Assembly (NCBI GenBank): GCA_964199315.1 | Contig: OZ116702.1 | Coordinates: forward strand, 3,596,001-3,660,000 | DNA: 64,000 nucleotides | Source: Orbicella franksi | Lineage: Eukaryota | Direction: 5' to 3' | Part shown: one piece after another, positions 36,334 through 51,100 of the stretch | Layout of the letters: each line of letters opens with the position of its first letter | How positions within the stretch are numbered: position 1 is the stretch's first letter | Notes under the pieces: model-generated | Databases searched by the model: none | Told to the model about the DNA's origin: nothing | Seen by the model: the letters and a program-made list of their open reading frames with translations, nothing else | Program-made: the position numbers and the translations under genes

Positions 36334-39118
36334 GAAGACAGAACACAGCCACGTGACATCACGATCAAAGAACCAGACTAGACACTTTTTTACATGAAGT
36401 TCTCCACATCACATCGAGGGAATTTAAAAACGCACCAACCACCGGTCATTTTGGATTTGTGTTTCAAGAAAACTCGGTCAAGGAAATCACATGATTAACG
36501 TTACTACATTGTTTTCGAAAAGCTCCGTTTTCAAAATGTTTTTCGTCAGCAACTAAAACCTAAAGCCGGCCACCCTGTCAATACTGCCAACTGCCACATT
36601 CTGAAATCCCAACCTGTATAATCCTTTATAATTTTATCCCGTTTTTACGGCCACTAAAACCGGTTATACTCATCTTTCCATCGTAAATATATAAATGTAT
36701 GCTGATTTAAGAGTCAATTTTTTGTAGAATTATATCTGCATTCCGGATGCTAATTAAAGAACAGTTGTTTAGAAGTGCAATTGTAATATATCTGTTAATT
36801 TAGACTTCACTCAATTTAGACCAGTCATGAAATTTGATCCTACCCTGTTAATAGGGCCAAATTTTCGTGGACCGTTGATGACCGTATTAACGGGGCTCAG
36901 CTCAGCCTTTCGTGTTTTGTTGTTGTTGTTGTTGTTGTTGTTGTTTTTCAGTTGAGTGAACTTTCACTGTTTAGCTTAGATTTAAGCTCAGCTTAATATA
37001 CATATTTTTTTCTTCGAAAAAAATGTAGATCTTTTTACCCTTTCATATTTTTGAAGTTTTTTAAAATTTATGCATGGCTGTAATTAACTTGCTTATCATT
37101 TAATACCACTTAATGTTAAGTGTGTTTCAGGGTACTCCTGAAAACCACTTTGGTGAATGGAGCCTCTTAGCTGTAAATACATTATCATTACTCAGTCTCA
37201 AAAACTGAGTACTTTTTGGTGTTTTTCTATCTTAGAAAAGAAACATATTCTCTCATTGTTTTCTTTATTCTGGAAGTGATTTTGTACTTTGGAAAAAAAA
37301 ACTGTAAATAGCAAGACAGAGCTCTTTTAAACAACAAAAAGAATAACTGACTAGATTTCCCTTTGCCAAAATGGCAGAGGCCTTTTAAATAGCAGTGTGA
37401 TTTGATATCAATGCGTTGGTCATGAGCTGGAAATCTATCCATGAATTTTGAGACGAAATCCGATAGGAAATCGAGCAACTCCAGCTTTTAAGTGGACAAA
37501 AACCTTGTACGTACCAGAATAATTTTAAGAGCGTAAATCCGAAAATATCGAGAACCGGCCGACAGAAGCGAAATAACGAATTTTTTCTTATTTGACCAAA
37601 AAGAACCTATTTGGTTAACTATTTTAGGAAATGACATCAAAAGGTTCGATTTCCTTTTCTTTTCTTCAAAATTTGCAAAACTTGAAAATTCGGCCACAGG
37701 GCCTTCAGCGGCGGCCATGAGACTTGAAATTTGGCACATGTTTAAGATACTCGTATGGACGTACCAAACGTTTTCTTAACATGTCCTTTACACAGTTTGT
37801 GGAGCATCTCTTAAACTTTTGTACAAAATAGTTAACCTTCGAAAGTTGAACCATTTACGGACCTAAAGTGATAAGGCTAATATTAGCAAACTTTGAACTT
37901 GTCAAATGCTGTCTGTTATATTACAGTTAAGTAAATAAATATAACCAACTAAAAGCAGGTTCTTTATTCTACTCGCCTGGAAAAAATTACAGGTGGCCCG
38001 TGAAAACTGTTCCGTTGAGAGAATTTTCCATGAGGTCACTTTGACACATATCTCACTTAATTATCCAATTGTTAATCATTGCGTAATCGTTATTATTTCC
38101 GACTATTTTTTTTTATTTTATACATTCCCACTAAATCTTTGATTTAACGAACACCGCATCACCACAGTCGCACAGAAGTTTGCGAGACGATGTAAATAAT
38201 CTCGGTACAACGTTTTTGTCCATTTGTTTACTCGAACTTCCAGCGGATTCCTTCTTAATCACTTTCTTTATTGTTTGCACCTTCTCTTTCTTCCTATGTT
38301 TGTAACTTACAAAACTAAAGTGTTGTACAAATTGTGGTGTTGCTGTAAAGTAAGAAACAAAAATACACCAAGGTTACCAAAATAAATAATAAAAACAAGC
38401 TTTGCGTGTTTCTGCTTTTTTTTTTTTTTTTTTTTTTTTCTTTCTCTTCAGATAAAAAGACAATTATACTTTCTCGACAGTAGTGGCCCACAACACAATT
38501 AGACGAGATTGAGCAAAATATCGTGATATGTCAGAGGAGAGGGGATCAATTATTGACTGACGAATAACGATATTTTGCGATAACCTAGTTCAATAATTGT
38601 TTTATCACTCGAACACTAATTAATTTCTTATTAAAATCACTCTCTGACAGCTCAGGGAGCAATCTGCTATTTTTCACCAGAGATCATGGTTACAGTTACG
38701 CATGAGCAGAATATTATTTTCAGCAAAACACATTTAGACGGTACTACGCATGAGTAGACCATTATTTGTGGGCAGTTATTTGCAGGTCATGTGGTTGGCT
38801 CTCGGCCAATGAAAAGGAAAGAAAAAATGCATCGAATGGTAAATATATTTATTAGTAACTAGTGATAGGTCCGTACAACACAGAAGCAAAATGCCGCTAA
38901 CGTGATGGTATCAGCCAAATTGGACACATACAGCTTTTACAAACACGGTAAATACGGTGTTTTAACAATACTTTGTACATGGCGGCAATTCCAACTATTC
39001 ACAAACAACAACAAAAGATTGTTTACAAATATTCATCGGCCTTCTCTCGTGCAAAGTGTTTAAGACATAATTTCTAAAAACACTTTCAAACTCTTGCACC
39101 TCGATTCGTTCGAACCTA

Positions 39119-42100
39119 CTAAGACCAAATTCGAACGGTGCCATCCGATCCACCGCTGACCAAAAACTCGCCAATACGATCAAACAGCACACTCTGCACT
39201 GCGTCCTCGTGGGCAGTTAGCTCAGTAGCCTGGCCTGTCGCCACCTCGATCATCTTAACGGTCCCATCATTGCTTGCGACCCCCAGGACTGTGCCGCTGG
39301 GGTCAAAGTCCAGGCGATTGGCCGGGTGGGGCCCGAGATCTAGTGTGGCCATGCAGGCTACAGTACGCACGTCCCACATTTTTACCACTCCATATGCGTC
39401 ACACGAAGCTACTGTATCACCCTGTCAGAAAGACGCAAACGCAAAAAAGGTAAGGGTTTATTGAAGCTATAATAAGGTACTTACTATTCTAGAAGGAAAC
39501 AACTCCAGCTTAGTGGTTAGAGCGGGACTTGAACCCCGCGATCTCCGGATTTCAAGTCCGGCGCCCTAACCATTCGGCTTGGTACGTGTAAATTAATGTT
39601 CGAAAGCAACATTTAAGAGGGCAATGCTTTCATGCAGCGTCCTTTTGCATGGTCAAGCACGTTATCCTCTACGATTGCAACGAGAAACTGCAAATGAGAA
39701 CGGTAGATCACAATACAGACCAAAAAAAAAAAAAAATAGTACCAAGGTAAAGTTCAGTACATATGGCATGGATGTTGACGTCCATTGAGAAAGTGTTCAC
39801 ATGGTTTCAATTAGAATACACGGAATAACTTTATCCTTCTGCCGCACATATAATGTTGCATCACCGCTAGATTGCTTGATTCAAAAGGATAACCCAACCA
39901 AATTTAGTGATTTGAAAATGTTCCAAGATTCACATTTATTTTCGAAATATTGCAGTGAAACTAATTTTTAACTACACGTACTCTTGTCGTTTATGAAAAC
40001 AGTTTTTCTTTAATCGCCCGTTGTTAAAAACGTGATTACATATAGGTCAACCAAATTTGACAATTCGGAAATGCGCTCACTTTCACATTTTCGACGAAAT
40101 ATTGCACAAACTCTTTTCTTTTCTCAGAATAGTTTTCTTGACTTCCATTCTTTTGGAGGGAACTCACGTGGATGTAAACTCGTTGCAGTGGTCTGTCTTA
40201 CTCGTTGTCTAAGCTAAAAGCAACCTCCGTAGCCTCTTCCAGGCCCTCGGTTTCTGGCGGCGAGACAAAGGGAAACAAGGCGAGTGCGAGAACAAAAGAA
40301 TCTGGGGAAGGAAGCACTCTTTCTCGCGCCAAGCCCCTCGCCTTCTTCCCAGTTCCACTCGTTCTTCGCGCGGACTTCCCACTACTAACCGAATGCCTAG
40401 AACAGGTTACAAACTCCGCCGCCTAACTTACCTTCAGGTTAAACACCACGTGGTTACAGGAATGCATGTGACCGTAGAACGTTTGAGCACACAATCCCTG
40501 AAACCAATCAAATCCATTCACCATGTAACTTCCGTAACTGAGTTTAACGGAAAGCGTATAGCTGTGCCGTAACATGAAGTGTTGGAGTGCATCGCATGCA
40601 GCTAACCGCTTTACACTAGTGTATACTTTCTTTGTTGTTTCTCGTCTTCAGCGAGAAACGTTGCAACTTCAAACAAAGTTGGTCTCTACCTCTTCAAATG
40701 CATCAAAAAAGGCAAATATCGTGTCTGGGCACAGATAAGCTGAGGTGAAACTCTATTTGGAATATTAATATGAAGTCCAAGGTTAATGGTTTCTTCTCGG
40801 CACATATTTTAACAATAGTACATAGATATGGTGAGGAGAAAACTGAATGTTGATCACTTTTGGTATTCTCAGAAGGATAATCAAAAACATTATAATTGAT
40901 GTAACTCAATCTAATCCTTGCTATCTTGGAATTCTGTAACCGTGTAAAAAAAAAAAAACTCCTACCAAACGTAAGGGTGAAAGAGCATTTTTGGAAGAGG
41001 GCAAAAAAATGGGGATGAAACTACAAAAAAAAGTAAAGAAATAAATCTCTATCTCCTGGTCGCCTTCGTAGTCGTTATATCGTTTGTCACGCAACGGTTG
41101 CAAAGTAAAAACGGCAGAAGAAGAATTGCGCCGTTCACATTTTCCAGAATAAACAGCGGGTATGACATAAATATATGCACGAAGACTGAAACAGTTTGCT
41201 TACCGTTCGCGCGTCCCACAGAGAAAGCGTCTTATCCGCTGAGCACGTCAAGAGCGTGTTTGAATACGGAAGAAACACGATACTGTTCACAGAGTCCGCG
41301 TGACCGCGTAGAGTGTGTCGGCAGCGCTCGCTGTAAGAAAAATTAATCAAATTTTTATCATTGGTTTCTTTAGAACCGTAAGCTTATTGTTATCAAAATC
41401 TACACAAATCTCTCAGCGGCACCGTAATTTAGGGTAATAGGTAAAGTCTGCATACGAGCCAAGTGGCCCATCAGGCCGGAGCTTATCCCGGTGTCTGCAG
41501 CATAAGCATAACATGCTTCAATGGCATTCAAACCCATGATTGTTGCAACACTGAAGAAAATGTTCCAAAACTGAATTGAATATCACGAGGAGTTGGTCGA
41601 CGGCGAGAGAACTATTATCACGCCACCTGAAGAATGATAATACTCATCAAATGTATGTACATGTAAGTACCTGTTGACATCCCAGACTTTGGAAGTATTA
41701 TCCATGGAACAGGAAGCAAGGAAGTCCCCACACGAGTGCCACGAGCAGCCCCACACGGCATGGGTGTGGTCAGTGAAGGTCAGAACACACTCCGCTTTGG
41801 AGAAATCCCAGATCTTCACTGTCCCGTCTCCGGATGATGTGGCCAGACGAGCGCCCCTGTGAAGTACATGTGATGAATGACTTGTCATGAGTTATCAACG
41901 TTCAGGTTCACGAACTTTACAAGATAGCACATTGGGAAGCATGCGTAACCATGTTCATGAAAATTCAGGCCACGTTCATACTAAGCCAAGTTTGAAATCG
42001 CAGTTTTATTTCTGCGGTTAGGCCTACCGGCCATACTAATCCGTCACGAAAACGCTCTTCAAACCGCAAGAATTTGAAAACGTCGGCTCTTCGTTTTTCT

Positions 42101-45100
42101 GTGGACGGAAAACATTTTGAAAACGGAGTTTTTTGAAAACGATGGCGTCACGATAATCAGGTGATTTTCTTGACCGAGTTGTCCTGCAACACACTGATCC
42201 AAAGTGACCGGCGATTGTCGCGTTTGTAAATTCCTCTGGTGTAGTGTGGACGGAAAACATATGATGCGTTTTCAGAGTGAAGCCTCCGTTTTCAAATTCC
42301 TTCGGCGTAGTGTTGAAGGGGCTTCAGATACAATGAAATTTCAGAGTTATAGTGGATTGATATTTACAACCCTCGATTGCTTCGAACCTCCCGGTAACTC
42401 AAACTAAAAGTCGTCTCCCTTCGATTTTTCGAATAAATTTTCTTTTCCCTGGGTGTTTCGAAAAATCTGGATTCCATCTACTTAACACGGCCGCACACGT
42501 GAAAAGGAGAATTCTAACAAAACCTTCCGTAGTATACGACGCTCTTGGGTTAAATTATAAATTAAATACTTTGTTGTCATACCCTGGATGGAAATCGCAG
42601 TCTGATAACCAATCCTTGTGGCCTTCACCTGTCATAATGATGTCACCACTGAAAAACAAAGCATTAGATGTGAATAAGCACAGTTCTTGTATCAAGACCA
42701 GGTGAGTTATGTTTGATCGTGGGCAATCCCGTTTTCTTCAACGCCTGAGCCGAGACGACTTAAAATTACCAAGCAGTGAGCGTGACCTTCTTAAAGAAAA
42801 TCTGGGACAGCTCGCAGTCTACGACTACCGTTAAAGCATGAGTGATGTATGCTATCACTGAAAAGATAACTGTAAGTTATCATGTAAAAGTGGCTCTTCA
42901 GCTACAAATGTACTGTTTCCTTTTTTGTCAAATATAACAGATAAAAAAAAAGTTTTAGGGTAAAAATAAATTGTTGTTGTTGTTGTTCTAATTGAAATTA
43001 GAATTTGGAAACGATGGGTTTAGACAAAGGAAGAAAACAGCAGACATTGATATTACACTGCGATTAAATTTTCACTCCGGCACGAATAGTTTGTGTCCAA
43101 ATAGTGCTTTGGACTTTATCAACATTGTTCGGTTGTAGTCGACTTTTCATGATGATTACCTTGGTACAGCCCACATCTTCCAGCTCCAGTCATCGCTAAC
43201 TGTGGCCAGGACCTGTTTTCTTGGATGCAAAGCTAGTCTGTTGGTGAACAGAAAAACGCAAACAAGTTTATGTAAAACAATGAGTAATATATCAAACGAA
43301 CACGAAAGACAGCGTTCGACCGCATTTCCAAACACCGAGAAGAGAGTCGAAAATACGACACGCACCGGAGTATCTTCAACTCTCTTCTCGGTGCTTGGAA
43401 ATGTGGTCACACACCGTCTTGAGTTTTTAAAACTAAGGAGAAAATTGTGAAATACATCTGTGTTAATTCAGATCAGATTTCCAAACACCGTCACGGTCAT
43501 GATTTCATTTCATTAAACTTGCTGAATCATCAATGAGTTTGAAAAATAACGATTCATAACACAGGAGAAGTATCTTTATTATATCTCTCAGTTATTACGC
43601 GCGCTGTGATTGGTCAATTTAGCGAGTCGTATTCTCCTGTACGGCCCGTTTAAATTTAAAGTTGGTTTTGTTGCCAAACTGTATTGTGATTTATCGCCAA
43701 GTGTTCTTAACTTTTATAGCAAGTAAAAGTTTAAAACTTTCTTTTACTCTAAATTGTGTATTAAAGCGTGCTAACGACTTAAAAACGATTTCAATTGACT
43801 CGTTTTCTTTCGAGGTGCGTCAGAAATTTGAAGCCGTTCCACGCGAATACAAATCGTTCTCGAACCCGACCATAAATCGAAGGGGAAAAAACTCGGTCCG
43901 TAAACTTGCAATACGGACCTCAAACTCGGTTAGCAAGAGGCATGTACACTGCTCAACATTGAAGAGTGTTTATTTAACCTCTCTACTTAGAGATGAGAAG
44001 TATGCATCAAACCAAAATCTCCCTACACTGTTATGTGATTTTTGATAATGTACTTTATGATAAGAACTGATCTGAGGACATTTTTCTCACCCACTAACTG
44101 GCAGATTGTGAGCACTGATCGTGTGCGTCAACCTGAATCCTCCTGCGCGTGTCAAGTGTGCTGACGGACCTCTGTGGTGAGCGAGTTGGGGATTCACTCG
44201 ACTGTCACCAGGAAACTCTGAGTCCTACAGTACAATGATAGACAATTAGCTAACAAATAAAACATAATTTGATATATTACACTGTTCTTGCAAGTTACAA
44301 TAACTTCCAATAAATATATACAGTCGGACCGTCGGACGTGTTCTTGGACAAGACATTAACTCTCATTTGACTGGAAGTTCCCCAACCAGATATTAAATGC
44401 ACCTGTAAATGGCGATCAAAAACTGTTGAAGAAACAAATCTTGGGGAAAGGAGGGTGGGAAGCTTAAACTGAAGTCGATTTGCACTCCATTTAGGGTATA
44501 CAGTAGGATGCATAATACAAGCATGTACAGTACCGCTCAGAACTAAGCGAACCAAAATTCGCGTTAAGAACGCGAGTGGATCAACGCGCGCGCGTTTTGC
44601 TGCGTTAGACCGCGTTTTGACTTCGCGTTGTAGCGCGTTAAAGTAAACGCATTAGTATGTATGAATTTGGTTATTGTTCGCTTCTTTTGTTACTTTGTGA
44701 AAGGGAGTTAACGACCTTTTCAAACAACGACAATCTAAATGAATGTCATGTGTTTTCAAGGTTCACACACGGTCTAACTCTTTAGTTCCGGCTGCATATT
44801 TCGTTATCATTACTTACCATTTGTTTTAATTCTGGCTGAAATTTCACACAAAAACAACGACTTGAATAAACTTTAAAGTTGCCCAGGCTAGACAACCAGC
44901 GGAGCTTGCTACATGTAATGAGGCGGCTTAGTGTTTGCATAGCTACATCCCTGAATACATCATCCTGTTACATAAACCAGGATGTGAAAGAGTATTAACT
45001 GGAAATGAAAACGGGCCTTTCACATTGACTTCAATATGATGACATGTACATTGTACATTAATTAACGCATAGTTACGTGCATATTTTGTGAGACTGATAT

Positions 45101-48100
45101 CCAAGCCATCACACTGACTGGAAACAATGAATGTTTCTGTTTTTGCCTCCTTATTACTTCGTTTTCAGTTCACCTTTGGGTGTTGGCTTTGGAGCTTCTG
45201 TTGGGGTCCAGTCTCATTATTCTGAGCAGCTGTGGGGCGGTAATGAGACACCTTTTTCTGGGTCTCACCACCTTCATTGGGAAATAATTGATAATGAATT
45301 AATATTATTAATTAGCAGAGTGAATGCAAACAAAAGAGTTAGTGAACATTAATTTTACAAGAACCTATGATAGACAGTGCAAAACAAATTGAAAGTACAA
45401 AGGAAAACAAAAGGCCTTCAAACAAATAAGATGATACTTTAGTTAACATGTATGTTCATTCTACAGTTAATTAAGCCGCCTACTTGACACAAACCTTGTG
45501 TGAGCACTGCCTGACTCCCTCCCACTTGATGGAGAGTCGTCTGAAGGCCTGTCATCTGACAATTTGAAACAAAGTTCCAATCACACAGGAACATTGCAAA
45601 CATACATACATATAACAGTACTCATCTTGTACTAGTGCATAACTGTACTACAGTATACAAAGTTTAAAAAACTATGCATTTGATTTATAAACAACTGAAT
45701 TTTGTTGGAAACCAGCAACAATTGTTATCAGATCCTTATACTGCAACCTCGACATGGAGATTAATTCAAATAAGCTAACTCTACATTTATTGTGGAAAGT
45801 ATATATTACTATGATACACACCTGAAGTCTAACTATGTTTCACAGAACCTACACCTGCACACAAACTAAGCCACTGACAGTCTGTTTTATTCTCAAAAAT
45901 CAGGAAGAGAGACAGGGAGAGGGTTTTAACACGAGAAAAGACTACATGTAAGATGAGACTACAATTAAACACAAGCGAGAAGTACATACATGAGCCACCA
46001 TTTTTTTAATTCACATTTGCAGGAATAAACATTAGATGGTTAGACCCTAAGAGAAATGGCCAGCTGAAAGGGGTCTACAGGTCTACATGTACAAACATAT
46101 GTATTGTTTTGGCTGGAACAGTTCCTTGGAATTTACAATTACAAAGCTTACCTGTCCAACAGCTCTATCTCTTTCCAATTTTGTGAGCATCTTCTCCTTC
46201 ATAGCCACCTGTAAGAAATATCATCGATGCTTAAAATCAATAACAAATTCAGTGTAAACAAGGATAAACACAGTAATTCCTCACAATAAAAGTGCTGCTA
46301 AAAGTTCATGACTGTACACAATCATGAAATTTTTAAATTAATATCAAAATATTACTTCAATACCTGTCCAGTAATTCTTATCAGTTAATCAATTAAATTG
46401 CCTCCTAATAATGTTGAGCCTTGGCGTACTTTTCCAGAACCAGAAACCAATAATGCTCAAAGTCATGTATACACTACACACATTTTATAACATTATGTTC
46501 ACTATGGCTTACCTCGTATTTGTGTTTTAGGGTCTGCAGGGTGGGTTCATAAGAAGAATAGTGCTTCTTAAGTCTAGAATACAAACAAGAAAGTACATAG
46601 TACATGTACATGATGTGTCTATTTGTAAGTTTTTTTTGCTGTTGTTGTAGCTGTTCTGAGAGGACAGTAGCAAGTGTCCTCTGGGTGTCCTTTCAACACA
46701 GTTTCATCGAAACTGCTAATTATACAGCCAATAGAAGTACAAGTACATGTAAATTATGCAAAACCTTCCCAAGCGGGCAAGCTGTGGTTTTATAGAAGTG
46801 GACGAAACCCTGGCTAATATTGTCCCTGCCTATTGACAAGTTAACAAATGAGATACCTTTTGATATCAGTAATGAGCCTGTTCTTTTCTTGGACAACTCT
46901 CTTGTGATGCATTCTGTGAAAATCTCTTTCCTTCTTCAACCGGACAAAGGTCTGTTTTGCCTTTCTGTGGAGGACAAAATTATATTTAACAATTAGATAA
47001 TGAGCTGGAGATTTCTATCATGTGATAGCTGATGAGGGCACATCTCAAGTCAACTATCAAGCATAGAAATTGAGAGCGGTTAATCTAATTGTTTTTAGCA
47101 TAAATCTATAAGTCATTCAACACTTTATCTGAATCCTCTCCACAGACACGAAAACGCGAAGAAGCGGCCTCCATTTGAATAACAAATGCACACAGCTAAG
47201 CTACCGACTATCTACAACAGAGTAGATAGTGAGTAGAATAGCCAATCAGAGCATGGAATTTGTGATAGAACACTAGTAGATCCATACTAAAGGTACTTAT
47301 TAACTGCAGTTAAGCAATAATTATAACATTGCAGCGTGATAACAAAAAGGGTAAGATGCTTTATACAAGGACACAATAAAATGGCCCCACCCATGGCTCA
47401 AATCCAAACAGCTAAATCCAGAGTCTAATGTGAAATCCATTAAACTAGCTGCCTGTGGAATACTACAGTTTGTGGAAATTGATGACAAACTCCATATTAT
47501 ACAAATGTGCGTACAGTACATGTAGATCTGTAACTTACTCAGCAGCCTCTCGGAACTTTTTCACTTCTTGACGTAGATGTGTCACCAGATCATCCAGGTG
47601 CTGGTTTCTATACAAAAATGCAAAACTTCTTTAAAATTCAAAGTACACTTTTCATGGCAGCAAAAGATCTTTAAACTTTCTCCTATCTTCTTGCAAGATT
47701 CAAAAAATAATAACATATTCCTTGTTAACAACAGCTCTGTACATGTATACTACACCTTTTACAAATTTGTAATTGCTTTAATTAAAATTTAACATACATG
47801 TACAGTATATTACACATCTGCCACAAAAAAAGGGGTAATCGACGCATAACGTTTGGCGTTGAACTGCTAAGCATACTTCACATAAATGTCTGGTACAACT
47901 CGGACGTCTTCTTCATTAAGCATCCCTTTTTGCAGCAACTCATACCTGAAAATATAATTTACGATCAAAATCAGACTATCTAGAAATGAGTTCAAATAAA
48001 GCAGTTCTGTTCACTCAAACTTACCACTCAGTCTGAAAACAATCAAGTGTTCTCGTCATCCCCATTTTAACAAGAAAGTTTCTCACAAAGTCTTCCACAA

Positions 48101-51100
48101 TCTCTGGTCTCTGGGTGAAGGTCATGAAAGCAAATTGTCAGGTCACAATTAATCATAATTTTAATATCGAATTATCTTACTGTGAGTAATCAATTTTGCA
48201 GGAAAAAAAATCAATTAAAATTTCTGTCAGTTGTTTTATGGCAATCTCAGGCCTGCAAAGAACAATTAGTTCAAACTTTCCTTTTTTCGGTCTTAACAAC
48301 TTTAAGTATTTACTTAAGAACTACATGTAGCCCATAAACATGTAGCTACACATAGCCCTAAATGCAGTCGACATGTTTTGAAGACAGATCATTAATTACC
48401 GGAAAATAGTTCAGATCATTAATAATACTTACAGTAGTCACTGATGGCTTGGTCGGCTCAGTCTTTTGCTACAAAAATCATACAAAATTACTGTTAAGGA
48501 GGATCTAGTGCTGTAATGTGTACCTGTACAAGTATAAGTACATGCACGTGTACATACATACAAGTCACGTCCTAGCACAAACACACTACAGGTGTGCATG
48601 TACAGTACACACAATCAACTGATTTGAATATAAATACCTGTCCACATGTACCTTTACTCACTAACAATGAGAGGAAAAATTAAGTAATGCAAAAAAAGAG
48701 AAAAAAGTGTGAGATCAGTTCATGTGTCATCTCATCTCTCTTTAATCCTGCAATTCTGCAACTTTCTTTAAGTAGGAGGCATGTTACAACAGGAAATAAA
48801 TTACTTTCAGATTGTTTCTGGTCCGGTATACATTAAATTTTGTGTAATTTCATTAATTTGATGAAAATCCAGTATTGAGCAAGGGGTCTTATACCCAAAA
48901 TATACCTTGTCAGCATCTAATAATTAAAAGTAGTAATTAATAAATGTTCTATGTTTCATACCGCCAACAACTCATTGTTAGTCTTCTCCTGTACTGTTGT
49001 GAAAGCCGTGTCTAAGTCTTCATCTCCATCTGTCCAGATTTAATCAAATCAATTATAAATCTTCACGTAGACCCACAAAGCTTTAATTTACTTGCCATTT
49101 TCAATTACAGAGTGGTTTTCAATTGAGTGTCACAAAACCAAAACAAAACCAATAATTTATTTACTAATTACAGAAGACTACTCAGCCAATCTCAAACCAT
49201 ACTAAAACGTTGTCTGATAAGACTCAACAGTCCATTGAAAACTGCTCTAACTACAGTGAAACCTGTAATAAACTGGGTGTCAGCTCTAAACAGGTTGTGA
49301 TATATTGTACAATAATAGTTGATTATTAACCCTTTTGTAACACAATGTAACACAGTGTAAGATCAAAGACTGCTTATAGCACAATGTCCAGTCAGTCAAT
49401 GCATCAATCTGGAATGAGCAATCTGCTAAGCTTTAAAACGACATTAATGAACAATGATATAAAGGAGTCTGAGCTGAGCTTTTAAAAGAAAAAGCCCCTG
49501 AAGTGTCCGCTTATTGCAGGTTTTGTGCAACAAAATGGCTTAATATTGGTGTCCAGATCCACTTAATAGAGGTGTTGCTGAACGAAGGTATATTTTATTG
49601 TAAATGTGGGGAGAAAATTTAGGGACTCAAGCCGTTAACCACTTAATAGAGGGTATCTGCTAAATATGGGGTCCACTTAAAACAAGTTTCACTGTACATG
49701 TAATATGTACATTGTATACTTTAGCATGACAATTTAAAAAATTAAATTTTTCTTACTTCAGTTGATTTTTTTTAAAGATTATTTTTAACTATCTATGTAC
49801 ATGTAATTTTTGCAATGTGTTGATTTCTTTCCTACAACTTTGCTTCCTGGACTTTTTTTTACCCTTTTTCTTGATCTCTGTCTATGGAATACCTGTTGTC
49901 TTTCAGAGTTAGCATTAGAATAAGCTTTTAGTATTATTCATGTGAATCTTTAAGTTGATGTTAGAGTGCATTTTTGAAAGTTATTAGCATTTGTCATTTG
50001 TAGTTTTGACTCTCCTTTAAAAAAGAGCAGTACAAGTAAATTATTAAAAGAACTCGTACAAAAATGAAAATACACTATAACAAGCCATACTAAAACATGT
50101 CATGAAAAAGCTATACATATGCATGTAACCCTGAGACAAAAAGAGCTTACAGCTGTACATGTAGTAGCTACTGTACCTGTAACAGAGTACTCATCTTCCA
50201 ATGGAACCTGAAAGAGTAAAACACATGTGACATAACAATACATGTATGATAAGCAGCAAAAATATATCATTTCCTTTAAACCATGTCATAGAAAATACAG
50301 CCAATCAGAATACAGGAAAGCCATTGTACACTTGAGTGTATTACAGCCAACCTTCCTATTGTACACTGCATTGTTTGTGTTGCCCGCTGTATTTTCAATG
50401 GTAATTGTATAAAATGGTCTGCATGCAACACTTTCTTATGGTATACTTATACTACAGTTGGAATATCCTGCTTGACACTTATATTTTCTTGGTAATTAAG
50501 CACTCACTTGTGTATACCAAGAAAATACAAGTGACTCACGGATATTCCAAGGTACATGTATACCAATCAAAAGCAATTTACCACTTCAGGACGCAATAGC
50601 TAAGACAAGCAATCATACATGTATTTAATAATAACAAAAACAAGCCATAAGGATAATCTGTAACTGTAAAAATGGCAAGAAACCATACATGTAGTAATGA
50701 CAGCTGTCATCTGAAGAGATGTTTAAGTTCACCTTACACATGTACAAAAATTGCAAACGCTACAGGGAATGAGACCAAAACAGTTCTGGAATTCACTATC
50801 AAAAGCTATCATGCAAGTATTGCATGAAGAGGGAAGGTTTAATCTGGCAAAAACATCAGCTAAATATCTAGCAACCAGTTCCAACGTTTACATGTAAGCT
50901 TAATACGTGTATACCTCAAGTACTCTAATAATATCTTACCTCTTCATAGGCAAACTCATCATCACTGTCTTCAGCAACAGTCACTTCTGTTGAGCAGAAG
51001 TTAAAGAACACAAAGAACATGCACAGTACAAGTTAACTCAGACAATTACATGAAAGAATGAAAAAAGACACTCCAATAAGTTACATGGTTAAACTAGTTT

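Noticed and set aside
43662-44045. 127-aa ORF antisense to SPAG16
   Set aside because: Intronic, no ATG start, no domain; appears to lie in an interspersed repeat.
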